A stretch of DNA of 63,397 nucleotides, filler included, from Octopus bimaculoides (Eukaryota), in the NCBI RefSeq assembly GCF_001194135.2. It is 7 parts of 7 records of this genome, joined end to end, with 100 filler letters (N's around TTAATTAATTAA, not from the genome) between each part and the next. Parts side by side here need not be neighbours in the genome. Positions count along the whole stretch, not along the records: positions 49,593 to 58,163 come from NC_068981.1; positions 58,264 to 62,158 come from NW_026298045.1; positions 62,259 to 63,397 come from NW_026311078.1; 4 more parts are not named here. One strand, written 5' to 3'. Shown here piece after piece: positions 51,630 to 63,397 of this stretch; position 1 is the stretch's first letter; each line of letters begins with the position of its first letter. The notes under the pieces are model-generated. The model worked only from the letters and a program-made list of their open reading frames with translations, made no database searches and was not told where the DNA came from. The position numbers and the translations under genes were made by a program.

Positions 51630-52724
51630 TTATGGTTGATTCGTATTTTAACATTAACAAGTGAATTTTAAAGCATGGGTATTAGTAAATGCTTTGACTG
51701 TCTCTACTGCATGCTAACACTAATTTTTATGAGCCCCACCTCCTTAAAAAAAGGAGTTTTCTACAATGTTAAGCAGCTACAGAAGGAAATCATTACCAAT
51801 TAGACCAGCTGGGAACTACTTACCACACATACACACAGGTAAAAGCTGTCGGGCAGACTGGCAAACTATACTTACCAGCAAACTAAAACTACCATCCCAT
51901 TAACATCATGTACCTTCTTTACAGCTATTATTATAACAGTTTGTGAACATTTGAACTAATAAGTTGCATACCACACTATTTATCACACATTTCTTTTCTT
52001 CTTATGTCTACTGTGTCTCATTTCCCAAACCTTTTTACTAATCTTTTCTCACTGGAACTTCTGAAAAATCATCCTCAGAATGTTTTCTCCACATGTATCA
52101 AGTCACAGAAGTTGAAATATTGTATTAAATTTCCAGTTTGTGAAGGCCTGCAAAGCTGATGAACATTGCTTCTCCTCCTGTGACTTTATAATATTAAAAA
52201 TGTATCTTTTATAAAAATAGGTGAAATTAGTGTTGTTATTGTTAAACTTAAACTCTTGTTAGAAGGAAAGGAAGGTGTTCGTGAAGGAAAGTTTTCTGAA
52301 GAAGAAAAATTTAGAAAAATGCAAGATGAGAGTGATATAAAGGAGGCAAGTGTTTCAGATAGCTATAGCTAGGGACAGCACGGAATAGGCAGAAGTTAAG
52401 GTAATTTATATAAGTGCAGCAAGAGAACAGAATTTAAAAGTGGTCTTACAGTTGCTGAGTCTAAACAAGTAAAAGCAATGTGTTTGCAATCTTAAAGTAA
52501 AAATGAAGTAATCATGACTAGTTTACTTTTAGACATCAAAATCTTCTTGATTCAAATATGAAAAAAACTCCAAATAAAAAAATAAGTAAACAACAGAAGT
52601 TAAAAATCTGCTTATTTCTCAGCAAGCAACATTTATAATATAAGTTTGTGAAAAAAACAAATCAACATTCATTCTGCAAATAAATAACCTTAGTAAAATA
52701 ACTGCACTTATATGTCTATTACAG

Positions 52725-52780
52725 AGAGATTGGTTTACTTATCAAAACCCATTCCGGTACACAATTTTCCTCCTTTCTTG
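52725..52780 (+). CDS. Candidate exon (EIGLLIKTHSGTQFSSFL, or RDWFTYQNPF in another frame)
   Basis: Acceptor tctattacag; donor ttg|gtaaaa; CpG-depleted context. Confidence 0.3.
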
Positions 52781-53094
52781 GTAAAACAAGTTATTTTATT
52801 TATTTATTCTTTAGTCTGTAAACAAAGTAAGCGCTTCAGACATTTCTTCTATTGATGTATATGGGCAACAAAATAGAGTCAGTGTTATTAATGTTCATTT
52901 TAAATTGTTGGTTGGTGATGTGGAAAAACATTGGCAGGATATGGTGTATAAATGAAGGGGCTAATTTCTTTGATGTTCACAGTTAGATCAACCTGGCTTA
53001 AAAGGATATGTATAGATAAATAATCACAAGAAGCAATTTAAAACAAATGCTTGCAGCACATGGTATGTGATGGGTGTTGCTTTCTAACTATTAG

Positions 53095-53157
53095 AATGTA
53101 TTAATAATAGGCCTAAAGTTCATAGTGACAAAATAAAAATAAATAATTTCTATGCAG
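53095..53157 (+). CDS. Candidate exon (ECINNRPKVHSDKIKINNFYA)
   Basis: Acceptor tttctaactattag; strong donor cag|gtaaga; 63 nt, open in phase 1. Confidence 0.3.
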
Positions 53158-54380
53158 GTAAGAAGACATCCTGCCCTTCTTTCTTTCTTTTTTTTTTTTT
53201 AGCAACCTATTCAGTGCTGCTCATGAAACTGACACAAAGATATATGATAAAACATTTAGGAGAAAACCAGACTACACCATGTTTAAGTTTCCTTTTAGAT
53301 AACACTTAATGTTCAGCCATGCAGTGATTAGCTGTGCAGTACAATGAGGCAGTCAGAGCATGATTTGTAGACTATAGTGTAATAGCAAAGGCATGTTATG
53401 TCAGATGCAACACAGCAGAGAAAATATGTTGCTTGTGATGCAATATATCAGTGTGGGTGCCATGCTTTAACTATTTTGTTTTCTTTGTACATGATCAAAT
53501 GTTCTAATTATATATAAAATAGAATTTGTCTTAATGAGTTTTATTCCTATGGGACAGCTTCAATTCCTTAAGATTTAGTAAGAGTGTTAGGCAAAATAAT
53601 ATTTAATTTAGACCTACTAAATCACATGTCGTCTAGATCATCTTCATATGTATAGTGTGAGTGTATCTCTGTTTATATGTGCATGTTTTCCAGATCAAAT
53701 GGAAAACGATAATTATTTTAGGATGTTGTTGTGATTATGGTTGTTGAGTAGTTCTCTTTAGCTTTGTCTGGGAAGTTAATTGTAGAAACAGCTAATCAAA
53801 TGAATCATCCAATCACATTTGTAGCTATAGAATCTCACATTTATTGTGAAACATGCTGTCTTAAGATTTAAGGATTTTGTTGAGAGCAAATTAACCACAA
53901 CATTGAGCCATCTGAGTAAATTATCTTGAAATTATTATTTGAACTTTTAGTATTAGTAGTAGTATGAAAAGGAGGAGGGAGATGATTGTTATAACTATAA
54001 TGGTGCATACAATGGCACAATGGCAATAATTTTCATAGCACTGATGGAAAATAATAATGATTGCATAATTGAATAGTTGTTAGAAATGATTTTTTGTGGT
54101 GTTGTTAATTATTTTGGTATAATACAGTTTAGTAGAGATAATAAAGTTCCATTGGTAGTGTCATTAGAAAATGCTGTAGAAGAAATAAAACTTTTCAAAT
54201 ATCACTAAGATCATTTGTATTGTACTGTTCTGAAAATTCTTTCTGACAAATTTTAAAATATCATTCAGTATTATACCTGCTAATGGTATCGCGTTGAAGT
54301 AATATTATAGTGGAGTTTAATGAAACATGACGAAATTAAATTCTAGAATTATGAGGTTATGATTGTTCTCATACATAAGC

Positions 54381-54418
<38 letters not shown>

Positions 54419-54679
54419 AACAAACCCACATGCCACCCTCACATCTCCCACCCTCACTGCCACACCACACCATCCCATACCACTCCATACACACGAGTAC
54501 TGACCACTTCCCAGCACCCACACCACACACCCGAGTACTGACCACTTCCCAGCACCCACACCACACACCATCATCTGCACACCACACACCATCATCCACA
54601 CATTACAGATGCACACACGCACACATCCACACGCCAAAGTCACTAGCCCCTATCCGCAAGCACACACACACACACATGC

Positions 54680-54875
54680 ACCTTCGTTTTAGAATCACCA
54701 GTACTTTATTATCTCCCCTTCTTCTTAGCTCTCCTGTCCAACTTCCTCTTTCCAACCAGTCGCCATGATTGATTCCTAAATCCACAAGTTTTTTTATTCT
54801 CTCTGTTTATTTCCTCGTGTTCGTTTCTGTTGAAGAGCGTAAGCTCAATACGTAAAAGCCTTTCTCACTTTTCCG
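54680..54875 (+). mobile_element. Second fragment with a hammerhead-like motif, homologous to 3700-3900
   Basis: 54821-54860 TCGTTT-CTGTTGA-A-GAGC-GTAA-GCTC-AATAC-GT-AAAAGCC. Confidence 0.5.
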
Positions 54876-54904
54876 ATGTATGTATGTATGTATGCATATA
54901 TATA

Positions 54905-55147
54905 TATACAGATACATCTATAAAAAGTAAAAAGCACACATGCTGGTGCCATGTACAAGCACTTGTACGTGGCAGGTTAACAGCACTCAACACACACTGT
55001 AAAATGGTTGGCATTAAGAAGGGCACCCAGCCATAGTAACCAAGCTAAATCAGACTGTAACCTGGTGCAGTTCTCTGGTTTGCCAGCTCCAGTCAAACCG
55101 TCCAACCCATACTAGCATGGAAAATGAACATTAAAGGATGATGATGA
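54905..55147 (+). mobile_element. SINE with RTE-type 3' tail ending in (GAT)n
   Basis: ggttggcattaagaagggcacccagcc...ccaacccatactagcatggaaa...gatgatgatgac; reverse-strand tail copy at 62787-62892. Confidence 0.75.
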
Positions 55148-55292
55148 CACACACACACACACACACACACACGAGTAATAATTTTAAATTTGGGTATACA
55201 CCTGGTAGCATGCCATTTAAGGCACATTCACTGTTTTTGGCTACCTGATGTCATCACCAGTATGGATATAAGTGCTACTAGATTTACTTCAG

Positions 55293-55398
55293 AAATTCCT
55301 TCAGATCCAACAAATGAGAGAAAGAGAAAGTGGAATTCATGTGATTCTTTATTAATCACTACAGTCATTTCGACCTATTGTGCATTGGTCCTTCACAG
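55293..55398 (+). CDS. Candidate exon (IPSDPTNERKRKWNSCDSLLITTVISTYCALVLH)
   Basis: Acceptor tttacttcag; strong donor cag|gtgaga; inside listed ORF 55190-55402; alternative acceptor at 55364. Confidence 0.3.
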
Positions 55399-55599
55399 GT
55401 GAGAATCTGAACAACTGGTTGTAGTGCATCATTTGGTGCAGATGTATCTAATCAGGTGACCTTTCAAAAGTACCTTACTCATTAAACTTGGTTTCGCTTA
55501 GTTCAATTATAATACATTTCGTTATTTGCCTGTAGCTGGTTGTCTGCAGGGGATATCATGGATTAGAATAATTTGGAATGGAGTACAGCTCCTTTCATA

Positions 55600-56004
55600 G
55601 GTAATAAACCTACTTACAATTTTGTTGGCACTCCGTCGCTTACAACGTCGAGGGTTCCAGTTGATCCGATCAATGGAACAGCCTGCTCGTGAAATTAACA
55701 TACAAGTGGCTGAGCACTCCACAGACATGTGTACCCTTAACGTAGTTTTCGGGGATATTCAGCATGACACAGTGTGACAAGGCTGACCCTTTGAATTACA
55801 GGCAGAACAGAAACAGGAAGTAAGAATGAGAGAAAGTTGTGGTGGAAGAGTACAGCAGGGTTCACCACCATCCCCTGCTGGAGCCTCATGGAGCATTAGG
55901 TGTTTTCGCTCAATAAACACTCACAACACCTGGTGTGGGAATCGAAACCGCGATCCTATGACCGCGAGTCCGCTGCCCTAACCACTGGGCCATTGCGCCT
56001 CCAC
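55600..56004 (-). mobile_element. tRNA-derived SINE (gtggaggcgcaatggcccagtgg head) with family 3 tail, partly CpG-decayed
   Basis: A box tggcccagtggtt and B box ggtttcgattccc on the minus strand; tail shared with 10975-11175. Confidence 0.85.
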
Positions 56005-56800
56005 CTACTTATAATAATTACTCATAAATGAAATAAGTATATAATAATCAAAAAAAAAAAAACTGATAAGTATTAAATGAGCAGGTACTATGATTCTGTT
56101 AATAAAGATACATTATTAAATAAGGTCATAAAACGATAAGACAACCAAGTATGATATGAAGCAACAAAACACAGAGATGCAATTGAGCATTTAAGTAGAC
56201 ATTTGGTGACTATATTGTTTTATGGAGTAAGGATATATATACACAAAAAAGTCTATGCACAACGATATATATATATATGAAAACACATTCATCCCTCCTT
56301 GCTTCCAGCTCACAGATACCCAGCTGTTTCGCCAGCTCCATTGTACAAATACACACATACCCCATAGACTCAACAGGCTGTTGCAGCTACTGACAATAAA
56401 TTAGACACCCATGTAGACATCAACGGCTCTGAGCATCCACATCCTCTATCTAGGTATATATTTAAATGAATATATAAATATATACGTAGATGTATATGTG
56501 TATATGTATAGCTCTATATGTGCGTATATATGTATATGTATATGTATATATATATACATACACACATATATATATGCATATATATATACACACACATATG
56601 CATATATATATATATAAACATAAACACACACACATATATATACATATATACATACATATTTAAATATACATATACACATACACACATATATATACAGACA
56701 TATATCTATACATATACGTACATGTATACATACACATACATGCATATATATATCTAAATGTATATATACATACATGCATATATCTATACATATATATATC

Positions 56801-56834
<34 letters not shown>

Positions 56835-56844
56835 NNNNNNNNNN

Positions 56845-56881
<37 letters not shown>

Positions 56882-57299
56882 TGTGTGTGTATTCTGTAAG
56901 AAACCTACGAAACTAAGTTACATGGAGCCAAATCAAACTGTTTTAAATAATACTATTTGTAACTAGTATTAAATGTGCTGAGAGCCTCTTTCTTTTGTTC
57001 ACTCACTCATATAAAGACAGAGTTATAGATGTAGATATGCATGAAAGTGTTATAAGAGGCTGGAGAGTTTGGACAATGCATGAGAGTGTAAATCTGCCCC
57101 TAGTAGGTCTAACAGAGGCATCAGCCTGTCAAGTGACAGCTGTATGCTAGAATGGCTTAGTAAATATATAGAGGTAGGGAAAGCCATTGGTTCATCAAAG
57201 ACAGTCATCAATATGCTTAAAACATCTGAGTGAAGCAGGGTACACAGCTTAGTTTTTCAAATAGTTGAACAGGGAATACTAACAGGTATCATACATTGT

Positions 57300-57670
57300 A
57301 ACTGGCGTTGCAACATTATTATAAACATTAATAAAGACAAATGAGATTCTCAAGGGAGAGAGAGAGTGGGGTAATTATGCACAGACATCAGATTGTTGGA
57401 GTTATAAAACTGATTAGGAACAGGATTATCCTTGAGTTTGGCTTTGCACCAAGAAGTTTGGCTTTACACCAAGAGGACACACCTAATACCATATTACTAA
57501 TGATACAACTGCAAGAGAAATACTTAGCTGAAAGTTAGCTCCTATACTTTGCATTTAATGGTCTGGAGAAGGGGTTTCAAAAGAGGCTCTCCTCCTGCTA
57601 TCTGGTGGGCCCTAAGGAAGTTAGGAGTAAATGAATTGCTAGTAAGGGCTTTAAAAGCTATATAGCACTC
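57300..57670 (+). mobile_element. RTE-clade LINE RT remnant
   Basis: EFGFAP..TILLMIQLQEKYLA..LYFAFNGLEKGF and IWWALRKLGVNELLVRAL. Confidence 0.8.
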
Positions 57671-57689
57671 TGTTGGTTAAAACAATGAG

Positions 57690-57865
57690 GGTTTCAGTTA
57701 ATCTGATCAACAGAACAGCCTGCTTGTGAAATTGACATGCATATCGCTGAGCATTTCACAGACATGTGTGCCCTTAATGTAGTTCACTGAGAGATTCAGC
57801 ATGACACAGACCGTGACAAAATACAGGTACTACTCATTTTTGACAGTTGAGTGGACTAGAGCAAC
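57690..57865 (-). mobile_element. Family 3 SINE tail, strongly CpG-decayed
   Basis: caacagaacagcctgcttgtgaaatt...cagcatgacacag versus the CpG-bearing copy at 11.0-11.2 kb. Confidence 0.8.
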
Positions 57866-59883
57866 ATGATATAACAGATATTACAGCCTACTTATAAAGG
57901 TAGAAATTCCAGGGTTAAGTGAAATGCTTTTGTATAAAATGGATAAATTAAGAAATGGAGTCAAACACAAATATTATTCAAATCATTTATACTCCCAACA
58001 CACGCACACACATATATATATATACACACATACATACAAATATATAAATATATAGATGTACATATATACCTTTAAATACACACACACACATAAATATATA
58101 TATACATATGTGTATGCACACACATTTCTATGGCTATATATATATACACACACATTCATATATNNNNNNNNNNNNNNNNNNNNNNNNNNNNNNNNNNNNN
58201 NNNNNNNTTAATTAATTAANNNNNNNNNNNNNNNNNNNNNNNNNNNNNNNNNNNNNNNNNNNNCGTCAAATGTAAATAATGTAAATAATGTGTAAAAGGA
58301 ATACTAAAAATATGTAAGAGATTTCTCAAGTTTAGAATGTGTTATAATTTTTGTTATCTACATTCCAACGATGGAGTTTTGTATCTTTCTTAGAAATCAG
58401 CTTCTTCCTGAGCGATAGAATTAATATAATTAAAACACAAGAGAAAACATGCCTACATACATATATACATGCAGTTATACATATATACACCTACATACTT
58501 ACATACATACATACGTACATACATACATACATACATACATACAGGGGTACATTGAAGACAATTATGGTGAAGTAATGAGAAAATCACATCTCTTATGTTC
58601 AGCTATAAATTTTCCTTTGTTCCTGTCACCAAAGATGCACTGGACTACGTAACTGCCAATACCCCGAAATATCTAGAAATGCTGCTTATGCCTACAAAAG
58701 CACATAGCAACCTTATACGGATTTTCAAAATACAATAGATTAGAAATACAACGGAAATTGGTAAGCCATTTTAGAGATTTTGCATTTGAGGTTCACGCGA
58801 GTGCACAGATGCACTCAATCACATATACATATGGAATAACCACAAAGGCATATAGACAATCAGTAATGAAACCAAACACTTATGTAACAAAAGCTATATG
58901 CTGACCCACTTCACGGGTGCAAGTTACATATACTCACATGCGAACTTGCACGCGTATGTTCACTTACAAACAGGTATACGCCCACATCAGCCGATTCAAA
59001 TTTCCACAAGACACAAGAGCTGCCTTGATTTACTCAACAAGTTGTTTGATACTGTGTCAATGAACATCTTCAATACTGCTAAGGAAAAGATTGTAAAATT
59101 ATCAATATACATCCGTATGTATGTGTGTATGTATGTATGTATGTATGTATGTATGTATGTATGTATGTATGTATGTTATCAATCAGTTTCATTTCTGTAT
59201 TTCTTGTCAATAGAGAAAGAGCCGGACTCTAACATAGATTCAAGGTTCCTCATTGGAACTTTTATCAACATCATCTAGGTATTTGTGCATATGTGTGTGT
59301 GTGTGTGTGTGAGCAGTATTTGGTGTTAGTGTATGCGCAGAATTGTATGTTNNNNNNNNNNNNNNNNNNNNNNNNNNNNNNNNNNNNNNNNNNNNNNNNN
59401 NNNNNNNNNNNNNNNNNNNNNNNNNNNNNNNNNNNNNNNNNNNNNNNNNNNNNNNNNNNNNNNNNNNNNNNNNNNNNNNNNNNNNNNNNNNNNNNNNNNN
59501 NNNNNNNNNNNNNNNNNNNNNNNNNNNNNNNNNNNNNNNNNNNNNNNNNNNNNNNNNNNNNNNNNNNNNNNNNNNNNNNNNNNNNNNNNNNNNNNNNNNN
59601 NNNNNNNNNNNNNNNNNNNNNNNNNNNNNNNNNNNNNNNNNNNNNNNNNNNNNNNNNNNNNNNNNNNNNNNNNNNNNNNNNNNNNNNNNNNNNNNNNNNN
59701 NNNNNNNNNNNNNNNNNNNNNNNNNNNNNNNNNNNNNNNNNNNNNNNNNNNNNNNNNNNNNNNNNNNNNNNNNNNNNNNNNNNNNNNNNNNNNNNNNNNN
59801 NNNNNNNNNNNNNNNNNNNNNNNNNNNNNNNNNNNNNNNNNNNNNNNNNNNNNNNNNNNNNNNNNNNNNNNNNNNNNNNNNNN

Positions 59884-60400
59884 ACGGTCTCCTTGTTTAA
59901 GTCGGAGTATGCTGCCATAATCCTTGTCTTCAATTCATCTTTGGTGTTACAAGGAGTTCTGTTGGTCTCTCGCTCACCTGCGCCCTCACATAATAATCCA
60001 AAGAGTTCCAGTCTGGGGAGTTAGGTGGCCAAATGTTAGGGGTGATGTGGTCACAGAGATTCTCTGACAGCCATGACTGGATTCTCCTGCTTGTGTGGCA
60101 TGGTGCAGAGTCCTGATGCCAGACATAGGCTCTTCCAGCAGCCACCCTTTTCACCCAGGGCAGCCTTACCTCTTCCAGGCACTTGATGTAGGCCTCCGTT
60201 TTGAGTCTGAAGCCGAGTGGGAAGATGAATGGAGGCATACCGTCGCTACCGCTAGTGACCACTGCAAACATCATGATGGTGACCGGATGTTTGATTTTTA
60301 TCACTCTCAGTACATACGCTGTCCTAAGATTGATACCCAACATTCTGAAATGTTCGTATTGGAGCTTCCGGCATGAATGCCAAATAGTAGTTGTTTTTAA
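59884..60400 (-). mobile_element. maT-type (DD37D) Tc1/mariner transposase, internally deleted
   Basis: HPVTIMMFAVVTSG..QDSAPCH..PNSPDWNSLDYYV has 37 residues between the 2nd and 3rd D; MAAYSDLNKET downstream; the rest lies in the gap. Confidence 0.88.
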
Positions 60401-62258
60401 GAAATAGCTACAAATAAATTTGTTTTTTAAAAAACACAATAGGAGACTAAAAAACCTATACGTGTTTCTATTGTAACCCCTTGGCAATAAAGTATCCAAT
60501 ACATTTGGGTTAAAAATCCAGTGTTAAGAATTTAAGTTGTCAGGGGTAGAATCTCTTCAGGGTTTTTGTTTTTAAGGATAAATATGGTTACATCTTGCTT
60601 GTAGGAATTCAAATCCATTATGTGTGTATATATATATATATATATATNNNNNNNNNNNNNNNNNNNNNNNNNNNNNNNNNNNNNNNNNNNNNNNNNNNNN
60701 NNNNNNNNNNNNNNNNNNNNNNNNNNNNNNNNNNNNNNNNNNNNNNNNNNNNNNNNNNNNNNNNNNNNNNNNNNNNNNNNNNNNNNNNNNNNNNNNNNNN
60801 NNNNNNNNNNNNNNNNNNNNNNNNNNNNNNNNNNNNNNNNNNNNNNNNNNNNNNNNNNNNNNNNNNNNNNNNNNNNNNNNNNNNNNNNNNNNNNNNNNNN
60901 NNNNNNNNNNNNNNNNNNNNNNNNNNNNNNNNNNNNNNNNNNNNNNNNNNNNNNNNNNNNNNNNNNNNNNNNNNNNNNNNNNNNNNNNNNNNNNNNNNNN
61001 NNNNNNNNNNNNNNNNNNNNNNNNNNNNNNNNNNNNNNNNNNNNNNNNNNNNNNNNNNNNNNNNNNNNNNNNNNNNNNNNNNNNNNNNNNNNNNNNNNNN
61101 NNNNNNNNNNNNNNNNNNNNNNNNNNNNNNNNNNNNNNNNNNNNNNNNNNNNNNNNNNNNNNNNNNNNNNNNNNNNNNNNNNNNNNNNNNNNNNNNNNNN
61201 NNNNNNNNNNNNNNNNNNNNNNNNNNNNNNNNNNNNNNNNNNNNNNNNNNNNNNNNNNNNNNNNNNNNNNNNNNNNNNNNNNNNNNNNNNNNNNNNNNNN
61301 NNNNNNNNNNNNNNNNNNNNNNNNNNNNNNNNNNNNNNNNNNNNNNNNNNNNNNNNNNNNNNNNNNNNNNNNNNNNNNNNNNNNNNNNNNNNNNNNNNNN
61401 NNNNNNNNNNNNNNNNNNNNNNNNNNNNNNNNNNNNNNNNNNNNNNNNNNNNNNNNNNNAGTTCTATTCTCTAACTATTCTCTATACATGTATATAGACA
61501 GACAGACAGGAACAAACACACATAGACACACACACAAACACATAGGTACACGCATACACAAACGTACATACAATCACACATAGACATACAAATACATAAT
61601 TCCTAGGTTCTGTACTTTTGAATATCATCCATTTACCTGTATAGACAACGTTCACACAGAGACACACGCTTAAACCCAGACCCCCTCGGCCCACATATAT
61701 ACGTACACACGTACAACTCATCAATTTTTATCCGCTTGTGAGGCCTCAATTTACGTGTGTGTAGGTAAGATATCTGTTGTATCACACATTAACAATTTGT
61801 TAACGTCGGAATTCCTCTGTCTACCAATTTGCATATGAAAATACAGAAACCTAGAATCATATGCCAAATGTTTGTTTTATTATGGTGGATGTGTGCGTGC
61901 GTGTGTGTGTGTAGGTGTGTGTGTGTGGTCGTGTGTGTGTGAGTACTTATGTTTTGTTTGCATGTGTGTGTATACACACACACACAGACACACACGTATA
62001 TATATATGTGCATATATATACATATATACATTTGAAGAGTTTGATGTACATACTGGGATGAAATATATATTTGGTTATGTATTGACAAGAGTGCAATAAC
62101 TTATTTTCATAAACATACATATGTATGTACACTCGCCCACACACACATACACACACACNNNNNNNNNNNNNNNNNNNNNNNNNNNNNNNNNNNNNNNNNN
62201 NNTTAATTAATTAANNNNNNNNNNNNNNNNNNNNNNNNNNNNNNNNNNNNNNNNNNNN

Positions 62259-62292
<34 letters not shown>

Positions 62293-62331
62293 ACGCACAT
62301 GCACACTTACAATGATGGAATGTCTTCTTAG

Positions 62332-62387
62332 CTGGTCGGAGCAGATTCATGTGTCAATGAATAACGACTCACTAGACTGCTATCCAG
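62332..62387 (+). CDS. Candidate exon (WSEQIHVSMNNDSLDCYP)
   Basis: Acceptor gtcttcttag; donor cag|gtaata; only the phase-2 frame is open, and it stays open to ~62476. Confidence 0.3.
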
Positions 62388-62786
62388 GTAATATCCTCCA
62401 TAGAAGAAGAGATAACACAATGAACATTGTATATCAGTACCAGAGTTCTACTGTACCTCAGGAGACCTCACAGTAGAGATTCCTCCCCTTGCATTCCAGG
62501 AGACCACCACTTACATCCTCACAGTTCCAGTCATGCCCCATTAATAATATCTAGCAAGGGAAATAATTCCATATCTACAGAACCCATAAACCGAATTTCA
62601 TTTGTTTGGTACTGGACAGCCAAAGGCTTTCACAGAGGACACTTGTTCAAGATGCAACTCAGTAGGATTGAACCTGAAACCACGTGGTTGCAAAGCAAAC
62701 TTATAAATCCTATTGCCATGCTTGTGTTTGTCTCTCTGTTTATTCTCTATAATCCAAATGAAAAGATACTGTTCAAAAATTTTCTA

Positions 62787-62892
62787 ATGCATCATCATCA
62801 TCGTCGTTTAACATCCGCTTTCCATGCTAGCATGGGTTGGACGATTTGACTGAGGACTGGTGAAACCAGATAGCTACACCAGGCTCCAATAT
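62787..62892 (-). mobile_element. RTE-tail SINE fragment
   Basis: catcatcatcatcgtcgtttaacatccgctttccatgctagcatgggttggacg; reverse of the tail near 55.1 kb. Confidence 0.75.
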
Positions 62893-63397
62893 AAAATATA
62901 CCTGCAAAGAATGCAACCTCTTAACTTTAATACTAAATATCTAAATGTGTGTCATGTTTGTGCATATGTTGGTTGAACATATATGTTTTACTAATGTGCT
63001 TCTGTCGGACGGGGCGGGGGTCTGTAAATTTATTGCAGTAGTTGAAGAATAACAAGCCATTTCTTTTTATTAGTGGGTGACTTTTTTTTAAAACTTGATT
63101 TAAGATAAAATACTTGACAAGGCAGTAATAGTAAAATAGGTTATTACTAACACAAATACAGTTAATGAGTTAACAGATACAGTTAACGAGTATTGATTAA
63201 ACTAGAAACGGTCTGTAAAGGAGTGGATCAGATTGGAAATGGGAAAGAAAAGGAAATGTGCAGTGGGAGCAGTACAGAATGGTATAGACCCTATGATACC
63301 CTTCATCAGGGAATAACAGAAACCATGTCTATAGAAGCTGACGAGAATAAATAAATATGTAATTAGCTACTTAATTACCAATGCAAAAAAAAAAAAA

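Noticed and set aside
54490-54600. ~38-bp duplication GAGTACTGACCACTTCCCAGCACC within a CA-rich tract
   Set aside because: Simple local tandem duplication in low-complexity DNA
55930-56004. tRNA gene (A and B boxes present)
   Set aside because: No complete cloverleaf or acceptor stem; continues into SINE body and tail. The same applies to the other SINE heads
1-63397. Most listed ORFs (YI/CV/HT repeats, poly-K/E/L/R, X-runs)
   Set aside because: Translations of microsatellites or N-gaps, not genes

Overview
Eukaryotic, AT-rich, gappy animal genomic DNA dominated by microsatellites, SINEs and decayed transposons. The SINE families and microsatellite load look like an octopus (cephalopod) genome; this is an inference from recalled repeat families and needs BLAST confirmation. 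I see no prokaryotic features, CRISPR arrays, rRNA or intact tRNA genes. Almost all listed ORFs are translations of microsatellites or N-gaps. Recognisable coding remnants are all mobile elements: two mariner (DD34D) pieces, an internally deleted maT-type (DD37D) transposase, two REL-endonuclease non-LTR elements (R2/R4-Dong-like), two RTE and two CR1/L2-type LINE remnants, a Helitron PIF1-helicase remnant, and a Penelope-like element with an open GIY-YIG ORF. Six identical 100-bp spacers (44 N + TTAATTAATTAA + 44 N) mark artificial scaffold joins. CpG content drops sharply after ~49.6 kb and inside 24.7-28.6 kb, suggesting methylated gene-body DNA. Several phase-compatible candidate exons occur, but I cannot identify any host gene. 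The most interesting signals are modular SINE multimers with a fixed junction, three degenerate hammerhead-ribozyme-like motifs, the poly-Asn-expanded Penelope-like endonuclease ORF, a GC-box/CRE/E-box/TATA cluster, and the CpG-decay boundaries. I found no convincing wholly new biological system.
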